Positions 46,559-54,975 of a stretch of 64,000 bases of DNA are shown in pieces. A program made the translations under genes and the position numbers. The DNA comes from a virus. Positions within the stretch are counted from its first letter, which is position 1, and every line of letters starts with the position of its first letter. The stretch spans positions 124,504 to 188,503 of IMG/VR virus record IMGVR_UViG_2716884766_000001; one strand, written 5' to 3'. The notes under the pieces were generated by a model. It made no database searches and was not told the DNA's origin. It saw only the letters and a list, made by a program, of their open reading frames with translations.

Positions 46559-49500
46559 TAAGAAGAAGCTCTATATGTAAAGTCAAGGTATAACGCAGCA
46601 GTACCAATAGCACAGTTTCCTGCGGTAATGACACTTGATCTCTTGTAGTCAGCGTTACGTATCTGGAGTACCATCCACTGATTCTGAGATCCTGCGTGTG
46701 ATACTACCATGTCTTTACTGTCGTCTAAGAATATTGCTTGTCCTGTGTTCAAGAAGTGTGTGGATGATGTATCCATTACTACTGTCTGTACTGGTGCGTC
46801 ACTATGTGATAGTGCGGGTTGGAATGGAATTGGGAACTTAAGAACACCACCAATCAATGATGCGTCTTGAATGTTAACTGTAACCTTAGCATGTACATGT
46901 ACCATTCTACCTACCTTGGTGTAGTAACCAGTAGATGTAGTTGTCATACCAGCTCTGATTGTTGACGCAAACTCTGGAGTAGCATCATAGAAACCTTCTT
47001 CATAGTGGTCAAGGATTTGATATGTTTTACCAGGTAGTGATGTCTGGTTACTGAAGTCAATACCTTTGTCTTGCTGTAACTTATAGTGACCTGACTCAGT
47101 GATTCTTGCTGCTTCAGATAGTGTACCAGACTGTACAGTAAAGAACTTAAGTGCTCCGTTCTCCTGTAAGTTTCCTGTGCCAGTAACTTCAGCAAAGATA
47201 CCTGCGTAGGTAACGTTAGCATCATCATTAGCATTTCTACCTCTGAAGTCAATTCTACCTGGCTGATGTCCAACACCGATAGTACCTGATTTGTATAGTA
47301 CAAGGTCAGGAGCAGTAGTAGAACTGTTAGTTGTGTTCTCAATAATTATCTGGTCAGTTGTGTCATTACCTTTGACGTGTAACTGTCCTGCGGGTTCCTC
47401 TATATTCAGACCGACTAGACCACCACGTAGTGTCATAGTCTTGACTTCTGATCCTGCGTCTATAACTGAGAAGTTGAGTAGTCCTCTCTCAGATCCTTGA
47501 GTATCAAAATGTATCTTGGATTGTATCTTACCAAACTCTACGTCAGCACCGTTACTTGTATTCCTACCATGGAACTTAACAGCACCAAGTAAGTCATTAG
47601 TAGCAGCACTAGCACTGTCTCTCTGAATAATAAGATCAGGACCTGCGTTCTCTGAAGCATCATTTAACTCAACTGTAAGTGATGATCCTACTACCTTAGT
47701 TGTAGCAGCAGTTAATGAGATGTAACTAGAACTAAGATTTAAGTTTGTGTCACCTACCTCTAGGTTAGGTGTACCATTATTATTTGCGTCTACTTCAAAT
47801 GTTACTTTGCTTCCTTCTGTATTTCTCTTTCTAAATCCAAAAGCTGCTACCTTAGAACCACCGTTGTTTCTAAAGTCAATATGTCCTAGGTCATTACCAT
47901 CAGCAACAATACTATCAGAGGTAAAGTCAATACCACTGTGTTTAAATGTGATGTTAGCAACTGTGTCTACTGTACCTACGTTGTCAGTGTTCTGTATAAG
48001 TAGGTTTCTTGTACCACTAGCACCGATAGTTACCTCACCAAAGGTAACGTCTGAGTTAGTAGCAACTGCCTGTCCAATAGAAATCGCACCTGATGCGGAA
48101 TTATAAGTTACACCTGTACTACCACTAAGGTGTTGTCTAGTCTCTAGAGGACTAGGACCTGTGTAAGTTATAACACCTGTGCTTGCGTCATAAGACATAG
48201 ATCCGTCACCACCTAAGTCAGTGACTGAAACATGTGCTCTTACTTCAGCAGCACTAGGACCTGTGTATGTGAATACACCTGTGCTATTATCGTATGCTAA
48301 ACTACCATCTCCACCACTATCTGTGACAGAAACGGATGCTCTTGATCTAGTATTAGTAAAGTATAGATCGGTAGATCCCTCTACAACATCATCAGTTGTA
48401 AACTCTGTAAAGTCTACAGATAATGTGAGTGAGTCTGCTAAGTCATTGTATGACTTGGAGATACCAGTTCCACCTACAAGTAATGTTGATACTCTATCGT
48501 CTACTCTTTCATTAGTAAAGAATAAATTTGTTGGTGAACTAGACGCTTCTGCGATATCATCTAGATCTAATGTGATGTCAGCACCACCATTAAATGATAC
48601 ACCGTTTATATTTCTTGCTGTCTGTAATGTTGTTGCTGTAGTTGCGTTACCCACAACTGCTGCTGTTACTTGATTAAATTCTACATCGTCAGTTGTACCG
48701 ACTGCCTGTCCTATGGCAACTGATCCCGACGCGATTGTAACTCCCGTCCCTCCCGAAAAATGTGCTCTAACTTCTGCGGAGCTAGGACCAGTATAGGTAA
48801 TAACACCTGTGCCTGAGTCGTAACCGAGGGAACCATCACCGCCAGAATCCGTGACACTAACCGCAGATCTCGCTCTAGTGTTTGTGAAGTACACATTCGT
48901 TGGGGTTCCCGACTCCTGAACATTGTCAGTAACCAAGTCGATATCTGCTCCACCATTGAACGAAACGCCCGAAATGTTTCTAGCAGTCTGTAAAGTACTT
49001 GCAGTGTCAGCATTACCAGTAAGTGCTCCTGTTATAGATGTGATGTTAGCAGCGTCACCATATATGTTCTGCCAACGTATTAAATTGCTACCTAAGTCAT
49101 ATGTGCTATCAGCAGCAGGGAATACATGTTGATTAAACTCCCATGCGTCATTAGCATTTGACCAGAGCATACTGTGATCTGATGCTCCTTTCAAGATTAT
49201 ACCACCACCATCTGCTGTAGCGTCAGTAGGTGAAGCAACAGTACCAAGCTCTAAGTTTTTGTCATCGACTTGAACGGTAGTAGAGTTCACCGTAGTGGTC
49301 GTCCCGTTAACTGTCAAGTCACCTGTGACTGTCAAGTCATTAGGCATCGTGACATCATTTGGGAAAGCAAACTGTATATTATTATCGTCTATACGTGAAC
49401 ATATAATCTGCTGTACATTACCTTTAAATGTTATGTCATCTAATACAGAGTAAGAAGATGTCAATCTAAAGATAACATCAGGAGATGTAGATGCGATAGC

Positions 49501-49710
49501 ACGTATATCATATTCTGTACCAATAGTAGATCCACCACCACCAACGTCAAAGTTTCTGACAACACCATCTGTGCCCTTCAACTTCATGGTCAGGACGTTA
49601 TTAGCAGTTGCCTCTAATACTACGTCACCATTTTGTGAGGGTGATATACTTGATGGGGGTCTGAGCAGATTGTTATCCTGTTCAGGTAATCTACGAATCG
49701 TCAGTGACAT
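46558..49710 (-). CDS. Fibre-like virion protein with internal repeats
   Basis: 1050 aa; GDLTVNGTTTTVNST; 2x LQTARNI.GVSFNGGADI; 3x VSVTD.GGDGS..YD..TGV.TYTGPS; C-terminal LDHYEEG...YYTKVGR.V. Confidence 0.8.
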   Translation of the reverse strand: MSLTIRRLPEQDNNLLRPPSSISPSQNGDVVLEATANNVLTMKLKGTDGVVRNFDVGGGGSTIGTEYDIRAIASTSPDVIFRLTSSYSVLDDITFKGNVQQIICSRIDDNNIQFAFPNDVTMPNDLTVTGDLTVNGTTTTVNSTTVQVDDKNLELGTVASPTDATADGGGIILKGASDHSMLWSNANDAWEFNQHVFPAADSTYDLGSNLIRWQNIYGDAANITSITGALTGNADTASTLQTARNISGVSFNGGADIDLVTDNVQESGTPTNVYFTNTRARSAVSVTDSGGDGSLGYDSGTGVITYTGPSSAEVRAHFSGGTGVTIASGSVAIGQAVGTTDDVEFNQVTAAVVGNATTATTLQTARNINGVSFNGGADITLDLDDIAEASSSPTNLFFTNERVDDRVSTLLVGGTGISKSYNDLADSLTLSVDFTEFTTDDVVEGSTDLYFTNTRSRASVSVTDSGGDGSLAYDNSTGVFTYTGPSAAEVRAHVSVTDLGGDGSMSYDASTGVITYTGPSPLETRQHLSGSTGVTYNSASGAISIGQAVATNSDVTFGEVTIGASGTRNLLIQNTDNVGTVDTVANITFKHSGIDFTSDSIVADGNDLGHIDFRNNGGSKVAAFGFRKRNTEGSKVTFEVDANNNGTPNLEVGDTNLNLSSSYISLTAATTKVVGSSLTVELNDASENAGPDLIIQRDSASAATNDLLGAVKFHGRNTSNGADVEFGKIQSKIHFDTQGSERGLLNFSVIDAGSEVKTMTLRGGLVGLNIEEPAGQLHVKGNDTTDQIIIENTTNSSTTAPDLVLYKSGTIGVGHQPGRIDFRGRNANDDANVTYAGIFAEVTGTGNLQENGALKFFTVQSGTLSEAARITESGHYKLQQDKGIDFSNQTSLPGKTYQILDHYEEGFYDATPEFASTIRAGMTTTSTGYYTKVGRMVHVHAKVTVNIQDASLIGGVLKFPIPFQPALSHSDAPVQTVVMDTSSTHFLNTGQAIFLDDSKDMVVSHAGSQNQWMVLQIRNADYKRSSVITAGNCAIGTAALYLDFTYRASS

Positions 49711-49719
49711 TATAACTGT

Positions 49720-49962
49720 TTAACTACTTGTACTATGGGTATTTAGCGTATACCAATCACGTGCTTCTGCTTCGTGGTCGAAGAACATCGTGACTCCATG
49801 ATCATATGCCACCCACTTGTCAATTATATAATCCCAGTGAGGTGCTTCTGGGTAATCATTGTGGTGTGCTGTTAGATAATCTTGGTAGAACTCAGGGTTC
49901 TCTTTCATATCTTCCTCAAAGTCCAACTGGGCTGTGAGGCGATCCTCTGGTACTTCAGACAT
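49720..49962 (-). CDS. Hypothetical protein
   Basis: Likely start MSEVP at 49962, downstream of CTAAATA (49983-49989). Confidence 0.6.
   Translation of the reverse strand: MSEVPEDRLTAQLDFEEDMKENPEFYQDYLTAHHNDYPEAPHWDYIIDKWVAYDHGVTMFFDHEAEARDWYTLNTHSTSS
49740..49746 (-). promoter_or_regulatory. Late promoter variant CTAAATA (fibre gene)
   Basis: 30 nt upstream of the 1050-aa gene start. Confidence 0.55.
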
Positions 49963-49985
49963 GGCAATAATTGGTGCTAATATAT

Positions 49986-50534
49986 TTAGCACACTTTCCA
50001 GAATAAATTTCCTGATACGGTAATTCTTTCTTTATCTGTGGAATGATAAGGATACACTGCGTGATTAGTAGGAGACGGAAACATAAGCACCTGTCCGTTC
50101 CATGATCTATCCACGTTGATAAGTCTATCCTCTAGTTGGAATCCACCATCACTAGCAAAGTCTTTCCGTTCCTCCACACCGTATGGTATGTCTACAAAAA
50201 TAACAAAACTTACCACACCGTGATGGCAGTGGTAAGGATTGTATTGACCAGGTTTCTGATAGTTTACCCATAGTTCGCGGAGATCCAAGTAGTTTGGATT
50301 GAAGTCTCCTTCGTATGGGCATGTCTGAAAGAATGTGTGCCAGATATTCTGTGAAGTATGGACGAGATAATCTTCCAACCCCTCAGTAGGAACGAGAGAT
50401 GACTGTTGATTCAAAGCACCAACTAATTTATTATTATAGTCCCAGTCCTCGTCTTTCCTTCTTTCTATACAAGCATCTTTTAGCTTGTTAAAAAGGGAAG
50501 GGGGGATATGTTCGTGCCAAACTTTGCTCATCAC
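49986..50534 (-). CDS. Putative 2OG-Fe(II) oxygenase
   Basis: LWVNYQKPGQYNPYHCHHGVVSFVIFV...LMFPS...HAVYP....RITVSGN. Confidence 0.85.
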   Translation of the reverse strand: MMSKVWHEHIPPSLFNKLKDACIERRKDEDWDYNNKLVGALNQQSSLVPTEGLEDYLVHTSQNIWHTFFQTCPYEGDFNPNYLDLRELWVNYQKPGQYNPYHCHHGVVSFVIFVDIPYGVEERKDFASDGGFQLEDRLINVDRSWNGQVLMFPSPTNHAVYPYHSTDKERITVSGNLFWKVC

Positions 50535-50646
50535 AAGAATATTGTTCTAGGTAGTCCTCTAACTTACGTATAAGTTTCACACTACATTTATCTGTTGTAC
50601 GACACATGTCTAGTAATTCTAGTATGTCGTTTTCTCTGAACTGCAT
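50488..50646 (-). CDS. 52-aa hypothetical protein, below the ORF-track cutoff
   Basis: Translated by hand: MQFRENDILELLDMCRTTDKCSVKLIRKLEDYLEQYSCDEQSLARTYPPFPF; TAATG coupling at 50646. Confidence 0.55.
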   Translation of the reverse strand: MQFRENDILELLDMCRTTDKCSVKLIRKLEDYLEQYSCDEQSLARTYPPFPF

Positions 50647-50879
50647 TAGAAATAATCAATAGCGAATAGCATAGGTAGGTCGGGTGAACGACTTGCTTCT
50701 ACATATGATATTATTCTAGCACCAGGATATATTTTGCCAGCTTGTTTGGCGATATCCTGACGTTTAGGTTTCTGAAGCTTTGGGAAAAATATCTGAACAC
50801 GGTACGGTCTACCACGCCAAACCAACTCGACGTAATAGTATTTGCCATACTCATTCAGTCTCGCAGCTTCTGTAATCAT
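50646..50879 (-). CDS. Conserved cyanophage hypothetical protein
   Basis: 77 aa; YYVELVWRGR.Y..QIFFP....P....I......IYPGA. Confidence 0.75.
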   Translation of the reverse strand: MITEAARLNEYGKYYYVELVWRGRPYRVQIFFPKLQKPKRQDIAKQAGKIYPGARIISYVEASRSPDLPMLFAIDYF

Positions 50880-51421
50880 TATGATACGACTACTTGAACC
50901 TCTGTACAGTGGACTGTTGCTCCACTAGCAGTCTTAGGCATTATAGCATACTTCATTGAGTTACGCACTTCTGCTGTTCCTGCGAACGCTGCGAAACCTG
51001 ATCCATCTGTACCACCTATTGTAAAGGTAGTAGGTGTAGCAGCAGTTACCTCAACATGAGATAAGTTATATGCTGCTGTAGATGAACCTGTAACTGTAAC
51101 GTAGTCTCCTACCTTGATCTGATTATGATTTCCACCTGATCTTTCTATTGTGAATACTACTGGGTTAGCAGCAGTAGCACCTGTGATACCCATACGTACT
51201 GGGCTATCACCTTTGACTATAACTGATTCGCCTTTCTCTACATACAAACTTGAGTTAGTGGCATTGGCAGCTCCACCTAACTGTATGGCAGCACCGCCCT
51301 TTGCGACTTCAGCAGCGAAGCGATAGATACCTGTCTTGACAGATAGTGCTGTACTTTGTGTGTTGGCAGCACTACCGACGGTCACCGTAGGTCCATCCTG
51401 CACTACTTTTAATACTGACAT
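50879..51421 (-). CDS. Probable virion structural protein
   Basis: 180 aa, Gly/Ala/Thr-rich beta protein (ITGATAANPVVFT); late promoter upstream. Confidence 0.7.
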   Translation of the reverse strand: MSVLKVVQDGPTVTVGSAANTQSTALSVKTGIYRFAAEVAKGGAAIQLGGAANATNSSLYVEKGESVIVKGDSPVRMGITGATAANPVVFTIERSGGNHNQIKVGDYVTVTGSSTAAYNLSHVEVTAATPTTFTIGGTDGSGFAAFAGTAEVRNSMKYAIMPKTASGATVHCTEVQVVVS

Positions 51422-51443
51422 TTTAATAATAGTTGGTTCTTAC

Positions 51444-51839
51444 TTATTTATCCTTGGAAGCATTCTTCAACATCTTCTGTAAATCAGCAGTACTGCCTAC
51501 AAATAAAGCGTTGTTAACTGTGGAAGGTCCTTTCTTTTTCTCTTCCTTTACTTCTTTGGTTGTTTTCTGAAGTGCCATAAGTTTATCAGCAACGTCACCG
51601 ACGTGTTTGATTAACTGTCCTGCTACTTCATATGCTCTGGGGTGGTCACTGCCTTGTGCTACATCTAAAGCACCATCGACTGCTTCCTGACCTTTCTCTA
51701 TCAAGGAGTATAGATTTGCTCTAGCATACTCATGATCATCATTGACTTGATCATCAGTATTCTTGACAGGGGTTGCTTTTTTGGGTTTAGGTTCAGAGGT
51801 GTCAAACGCCTTTTCTAAACCACCGAAATTGTTATCCAT
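51444..51839 (-). CDS. gp16: Terminase small subunit
   Basis: DHEYARANLY.LIEKGQEA, HPRAYEVAGQLIK, NNALFVGSTADLQK. Confidence 0.95.
   Translation of the reverse strand: MDNNFGGLEKAFDTSEPKPKKATPVKNTDDQVNDDHEYARANLYSLIEKGQEAVDGALDVAQGSDHPRAYEVAGQLIKHVGDVADKLMALQKTTKEVKEEKKKGPSTVNNALFVGSTADLQKMLKNASKDK
51445..51451 (-). promoter_or_regulatory. Late promoter ATAAATA
   Basis: Overlaps the gp16 stop codon. Confidence 0.65.
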
Positions 51840-52830
51840 AGAAAGATGTCATCTCGTTGAATCCGAAGTCATCATCACTCTCAAGGAGTTCTGTGTCAGC
51901 GGTTGTAATAATATCTATAACTGCACCACTCGCATGAGCAGATTGAGTTGTAGCATTTTGACCACGATGTACAGTAATAGACACTCCATCAGGTTTAGTC
52001 TTGACCTTCATAACCTCGTTGTTGATCTCAATGTAGTCACCTATATTGAATACAGTTGAATCTGTGACAGGTAAGGTTGCGACTGACTTGTTGACCTGTG
52101 CTGTTAACGTTAGACCAGCTCCATCATTATCCTTATCACGGAGAGCAGTAGGTTCTACCTGATATGTCATACGACGTACTGGAGCCGCAGGGGTACCAGT
52201 ATCGTAGTGAACCTTTGCCTTCTTGATTGGTTTCCCAGTCTGTGTAGGTCCGAAGATGTATGCTTTGACAGTAAATGTACAGTCAATCGTAGTCAATTTA
52301 CGTTGATCAAAGTTACCTTCGTATTCGTCAGCGTAGTTTATACTATTTAAAATTATCGGTATATCACGATACTCATTGATGTCATCTATAATCTTGATAC
52401 TGACACTATAACCAGGTTGGAAAACAGGAACTATCTGTTCTATAATTTCCAATGCTTCATCGTTTGTCTTAGATAAGATAGACAAACTAAAGTCTAGATT
52501 ATATGGTACTGGTGTATATATTTTTCTCGCACTCTTTCCATCTTTCTTATAGTCAGCCGTGATAGGACTTAACTTTCTAGAACTATCATATGATATACCT
52601 GATAGTTCAAAAGATATTCTAGGTAGAGTGATAGCAACCTTCTTATTTAATTCTGGTTGTCCCTCTAGTCTAGCTAAAAACTTTTGCTTAGGACCGTAAG
52701 CAAGAGGTACTTTCATCTTCTGGTAAGTTGTACCACCTGTCTCTTTCCTAACTTCTATTCCGTTGAATAAAGTACCAAAAGCGATAACACACTTTCTGAT
52801 TACCTTATTATATGTGTAGTCACCTAACAT
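51832..52830 (-). CDS. gp15: Tail sheath stabilizer/head completion protein, with C-terminal insert
   Basis: VIAFGTLFN, VPLAYGPKQKFLARL, LPRISFE, EQIVP.FQP. Confidence 0.95.
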   Translation of the reverse strand: MLGDYTYNKVIRKCVIAFGTLFNGIEVRKETGGTTYQKMKVPLAYGPKQKFLARLEGQPELNKKVAITLPRISFELSGISYDSSRKLSPITADYKKDGKSARKIYTPVPYNLDFSLSILSKTNDEALEIIEQIVPVFQPGYSVSIKIIDDINEYRDIPIILNSINYADEYEGNFDQRKLTTIDCTFTVKAYIFGPTQTGKPIKKAKVHYDTGTPAAPVRRMTYQVEPTALRDKDNDGAGLTLTAQVNKSVATLPVTDSTVFNIGDYIEINNEVMKVKTKPDGVSITVHRGQNATTQSAHASGAVIDIITTADTELLESDDDFGFNEMTSFYG

Positions 52831-52831
52831 G

Positions 52832-54166
52832 TTATGTTCCTATACCAAATGGGTTACCTTCACTGAAGTCAATAATATCATCAGCAAATGTCTCAAACGT
52901 AGCAGACTCAGAGTATTTAGTATCTGTAGTCTTCATAGCGTCATAACTATGTATCGTTATTGACGCACCGCTTGTATTACCAACGAGTAGTTCTCCTATC
53001 TGGAAGTCCTCAGTAGGTGATTTTAATTTTAACCAGCCTTCAGATTTATCCCAGTCTGCTAAGAGAGCTGTACCCGCAGTAGTACCACTGGTAACAGTCT
53101 CACCATCTGTGAAGTTACCAGACAGTCCAGATGGTACAGACTCTATGTCAAACGCAGCAGTAGTATATCCACTACCACCACTGTCAATTACTATTTGACT
53201 GACTGAATCGTACCCGTCCCCTTCATTTGTAATCTCGACTTTAGTGAGTGTACCATTCGAGTCAAAAGTCGGAGTGACCACAGGTTTGGTGCCTGCAGTG
53301 CCAGGATCATTAAAATCAATATAAGATCTAGATACATCATAACCTTCTCCTCCATTAAGAATTTTTAGACCAACCATCTTACCGTTCTTCACGGTAGGAT
53401 CAAAGGTGGCAGGGGTAATTGGGATTGATCCACCCACGTTTACAACTATCATTTCAGCATGTGCTGTTGCTCCTGTACCATCACCTGTTACAGTCACAGT
53501 AGGAGTGAAGTTGTATTTAGAACCATTTGTATTGACGACAGCCTGTGATACTGCATCGCCAGTTAATAGTGGCGTAGCAGATGCTGACTGACCAGGTGAT
53601 ACAAGATAATAGTATTGTACAGTATACCCTGTATCTATCATCTCGTCGTCTCCTGCGAAGAACTCTCCACCTTCGTCGCTGTACTCGAAGAGTTCTGCTT
53701 TCAGTTTGTAGGTATAGTTCTTACCTAACTGGTAGAAAGGTTCTTCGTGTTCTACAAACTTGATCTCAAAATAGTTTGAGGATAGTGGGAAGTATATTAA
53801 ATCTCCTTCTTGTGGTCTTTCTCCTACCTCTATGTCCTCGTCTAACAATAGGAACTGAGATATAAGATCACTAAATCTCTGCTGTGATATAACCATAGTT
53901 ATCTCATCAGTCTGTCTAATACCAAACTTTGTCAATAGATCTCCACCACCTTGGAACCCATCAAAGTTCTCTAGGTATGCTTCTATAATATATGAATCAT
54001 CGAACTGTGATACTACTTCTTCATTGAACACATTATCTTTTGCTATCAGTTGTCTAGGAATGTATAACACATCCATACCAAACATCTTGATATACTCCTC
54101 AACAAGATTCTGCTGAAGGAACTGCTCGTTACGAGTACCATGTGTGAAGAATACGTTTCTTGCCAT
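52832..54166 (-). CDS. gp14: Neck protein, extended
   Basis: EQ.LQQ.LVEEYIKMFG.D..YIPR, ERPQEGDLIYFP, FSEGNPFG. Confidence 0.95.
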   Translation of the reverse strand: MARNVFFTHGTRNEQFLQQNLVEEYIKMFGMDVLYIPRQLIAKDNVFNEEVVSQFDDSYIIEAYLENFDGFQGGGDLLTKFGIRQTDEITMVISQQRFSDLISQFLLLDEDIEVGERPQEGDLIYFPLSSNYFEIKFVEHEEPFYQLGKNYTYKLKAELFEYSDEGGEFFAGDDEMIDTGYTVQYYYLVSPGQSASATPLLTGDAVSQAVVNTNGSKYNFTPTVTVTGDGTGATAHAEMIVVNVGGSIPITPATFDPTVKNGKMVGLKILNGGEGYDVSRSYIDFNDPGTAGTKPVVTPTFDSNGTLTKVEITNEGDGYDSVSQIVIDSGGSGYTTAAFDIESVPSGLSGNFTDGETVTSGTTAGTALLADWDKSEGWLKLKSPTEDFQIGELLVGNTSGASITIHSYDAMKTTDTKYSESATFETFADDIIDFSEGNPFGIGT

Positions 54167-54975
54167 TATCCGATCATATCCATTGGGGGCATTTCATACT
54201 TAGTCAACATCTCATCTTCTATCTTGTTTAACTCTTCTTGTGCCTGTTGATATATCTGATCACCATTCATAGTGATACCACCTGGCAACTGTGCTCCTTG
54301 GAACTTAGATAAGTTCTGTCCCCACTGTCTCTTGATGAGCTGTGTGGTATATCTCTTGAGGAAGATGTCATCATATAGTGTAGTAAATGATGAAGGATCT
54401 AATGCTCTGTAAGCATCAAAGACTATAAAGTCTCCATCGTTTACATCAGTTCTGAAGTCTAGATCCATGTATAATCTATCTCCTCTGCTCTGGAATCTTA
54501 TTTGCTTCTGTCCTTCTAGTAACCAGTATATATCTTCTAGTCTTCTGTTTACCATTTCATATGTAAGAATCTCAGTCTGAGTTAGATCCCAGAGATCATT
54601 CAATCTCCACTGGTATCTGACATCAAATAGGTTAGTAGTATTCTTAGATGTGAAATCAAATATCTTAATGACTGAGGTGACATGCTCAGGCATAGTAATA
54701 AAGTTATTCTGCTCAAGGAAGTTTGCTTGTCTAGCACCCACCTGTGTCACTGTGGTAGTGGTGTCAGTGGTCATGGCATCTATTGTTGCCTGATCAAACT
54801 GATACTTCAAGAACGTTCTTATATAACCGTCAGTAGATCTCTCTTGGAAAAACTGCAAAGCATCATCAATCAGATCATCTATCTGATCATCATCTACGTT
54901 TATTTCTAGGACTGGTGCTCCTAGTTTTCTTAAGGCATACTCTGCTAGAGTGTCCTTACTACTTGGTTTTGCCAT
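54166..54975 (-). CDS. gp13: Neck protein
   Basis: LRKLGAPVLEINVDDDQ, KRQWGQNL.KF.G.QLPGG. Confidence 0.96.
   Translation of the reverse strand: MAKPSSKDTLAEYALRKLGAPVLEINVDDDQIDDLIDDALQFFQERSTDGYIRTFLKYQFDQATIDAMTTDTTTTVTQVGARQANFLEQNNFITMPEHVTSVIKIFDFTSKNTTNLFDVRYQWRLNDLWDLTQTEILTYEMVNRRLEDIYWLLEGQKQIRFQSRGDRLYMDLDFRTDVNDGDFIVFDAYRALDPSSFTTLYDDIFLKRYTTQLIKRQWGQNLSKFQGAQLPGGITMNGDQIYQQAQEELNKIEDEMLTKYEMPPMDMIG

Noticed and set aside
47600-49050. Repeats in the fibre gene as a CRISPR array or diversity-generating retroelement
   Set aside because: The repeats are degenerate in-frame protein repeats without constant repeat/unique spacer structure. No reverse transcriptase or adenine-specific TR/VR pair was seen.
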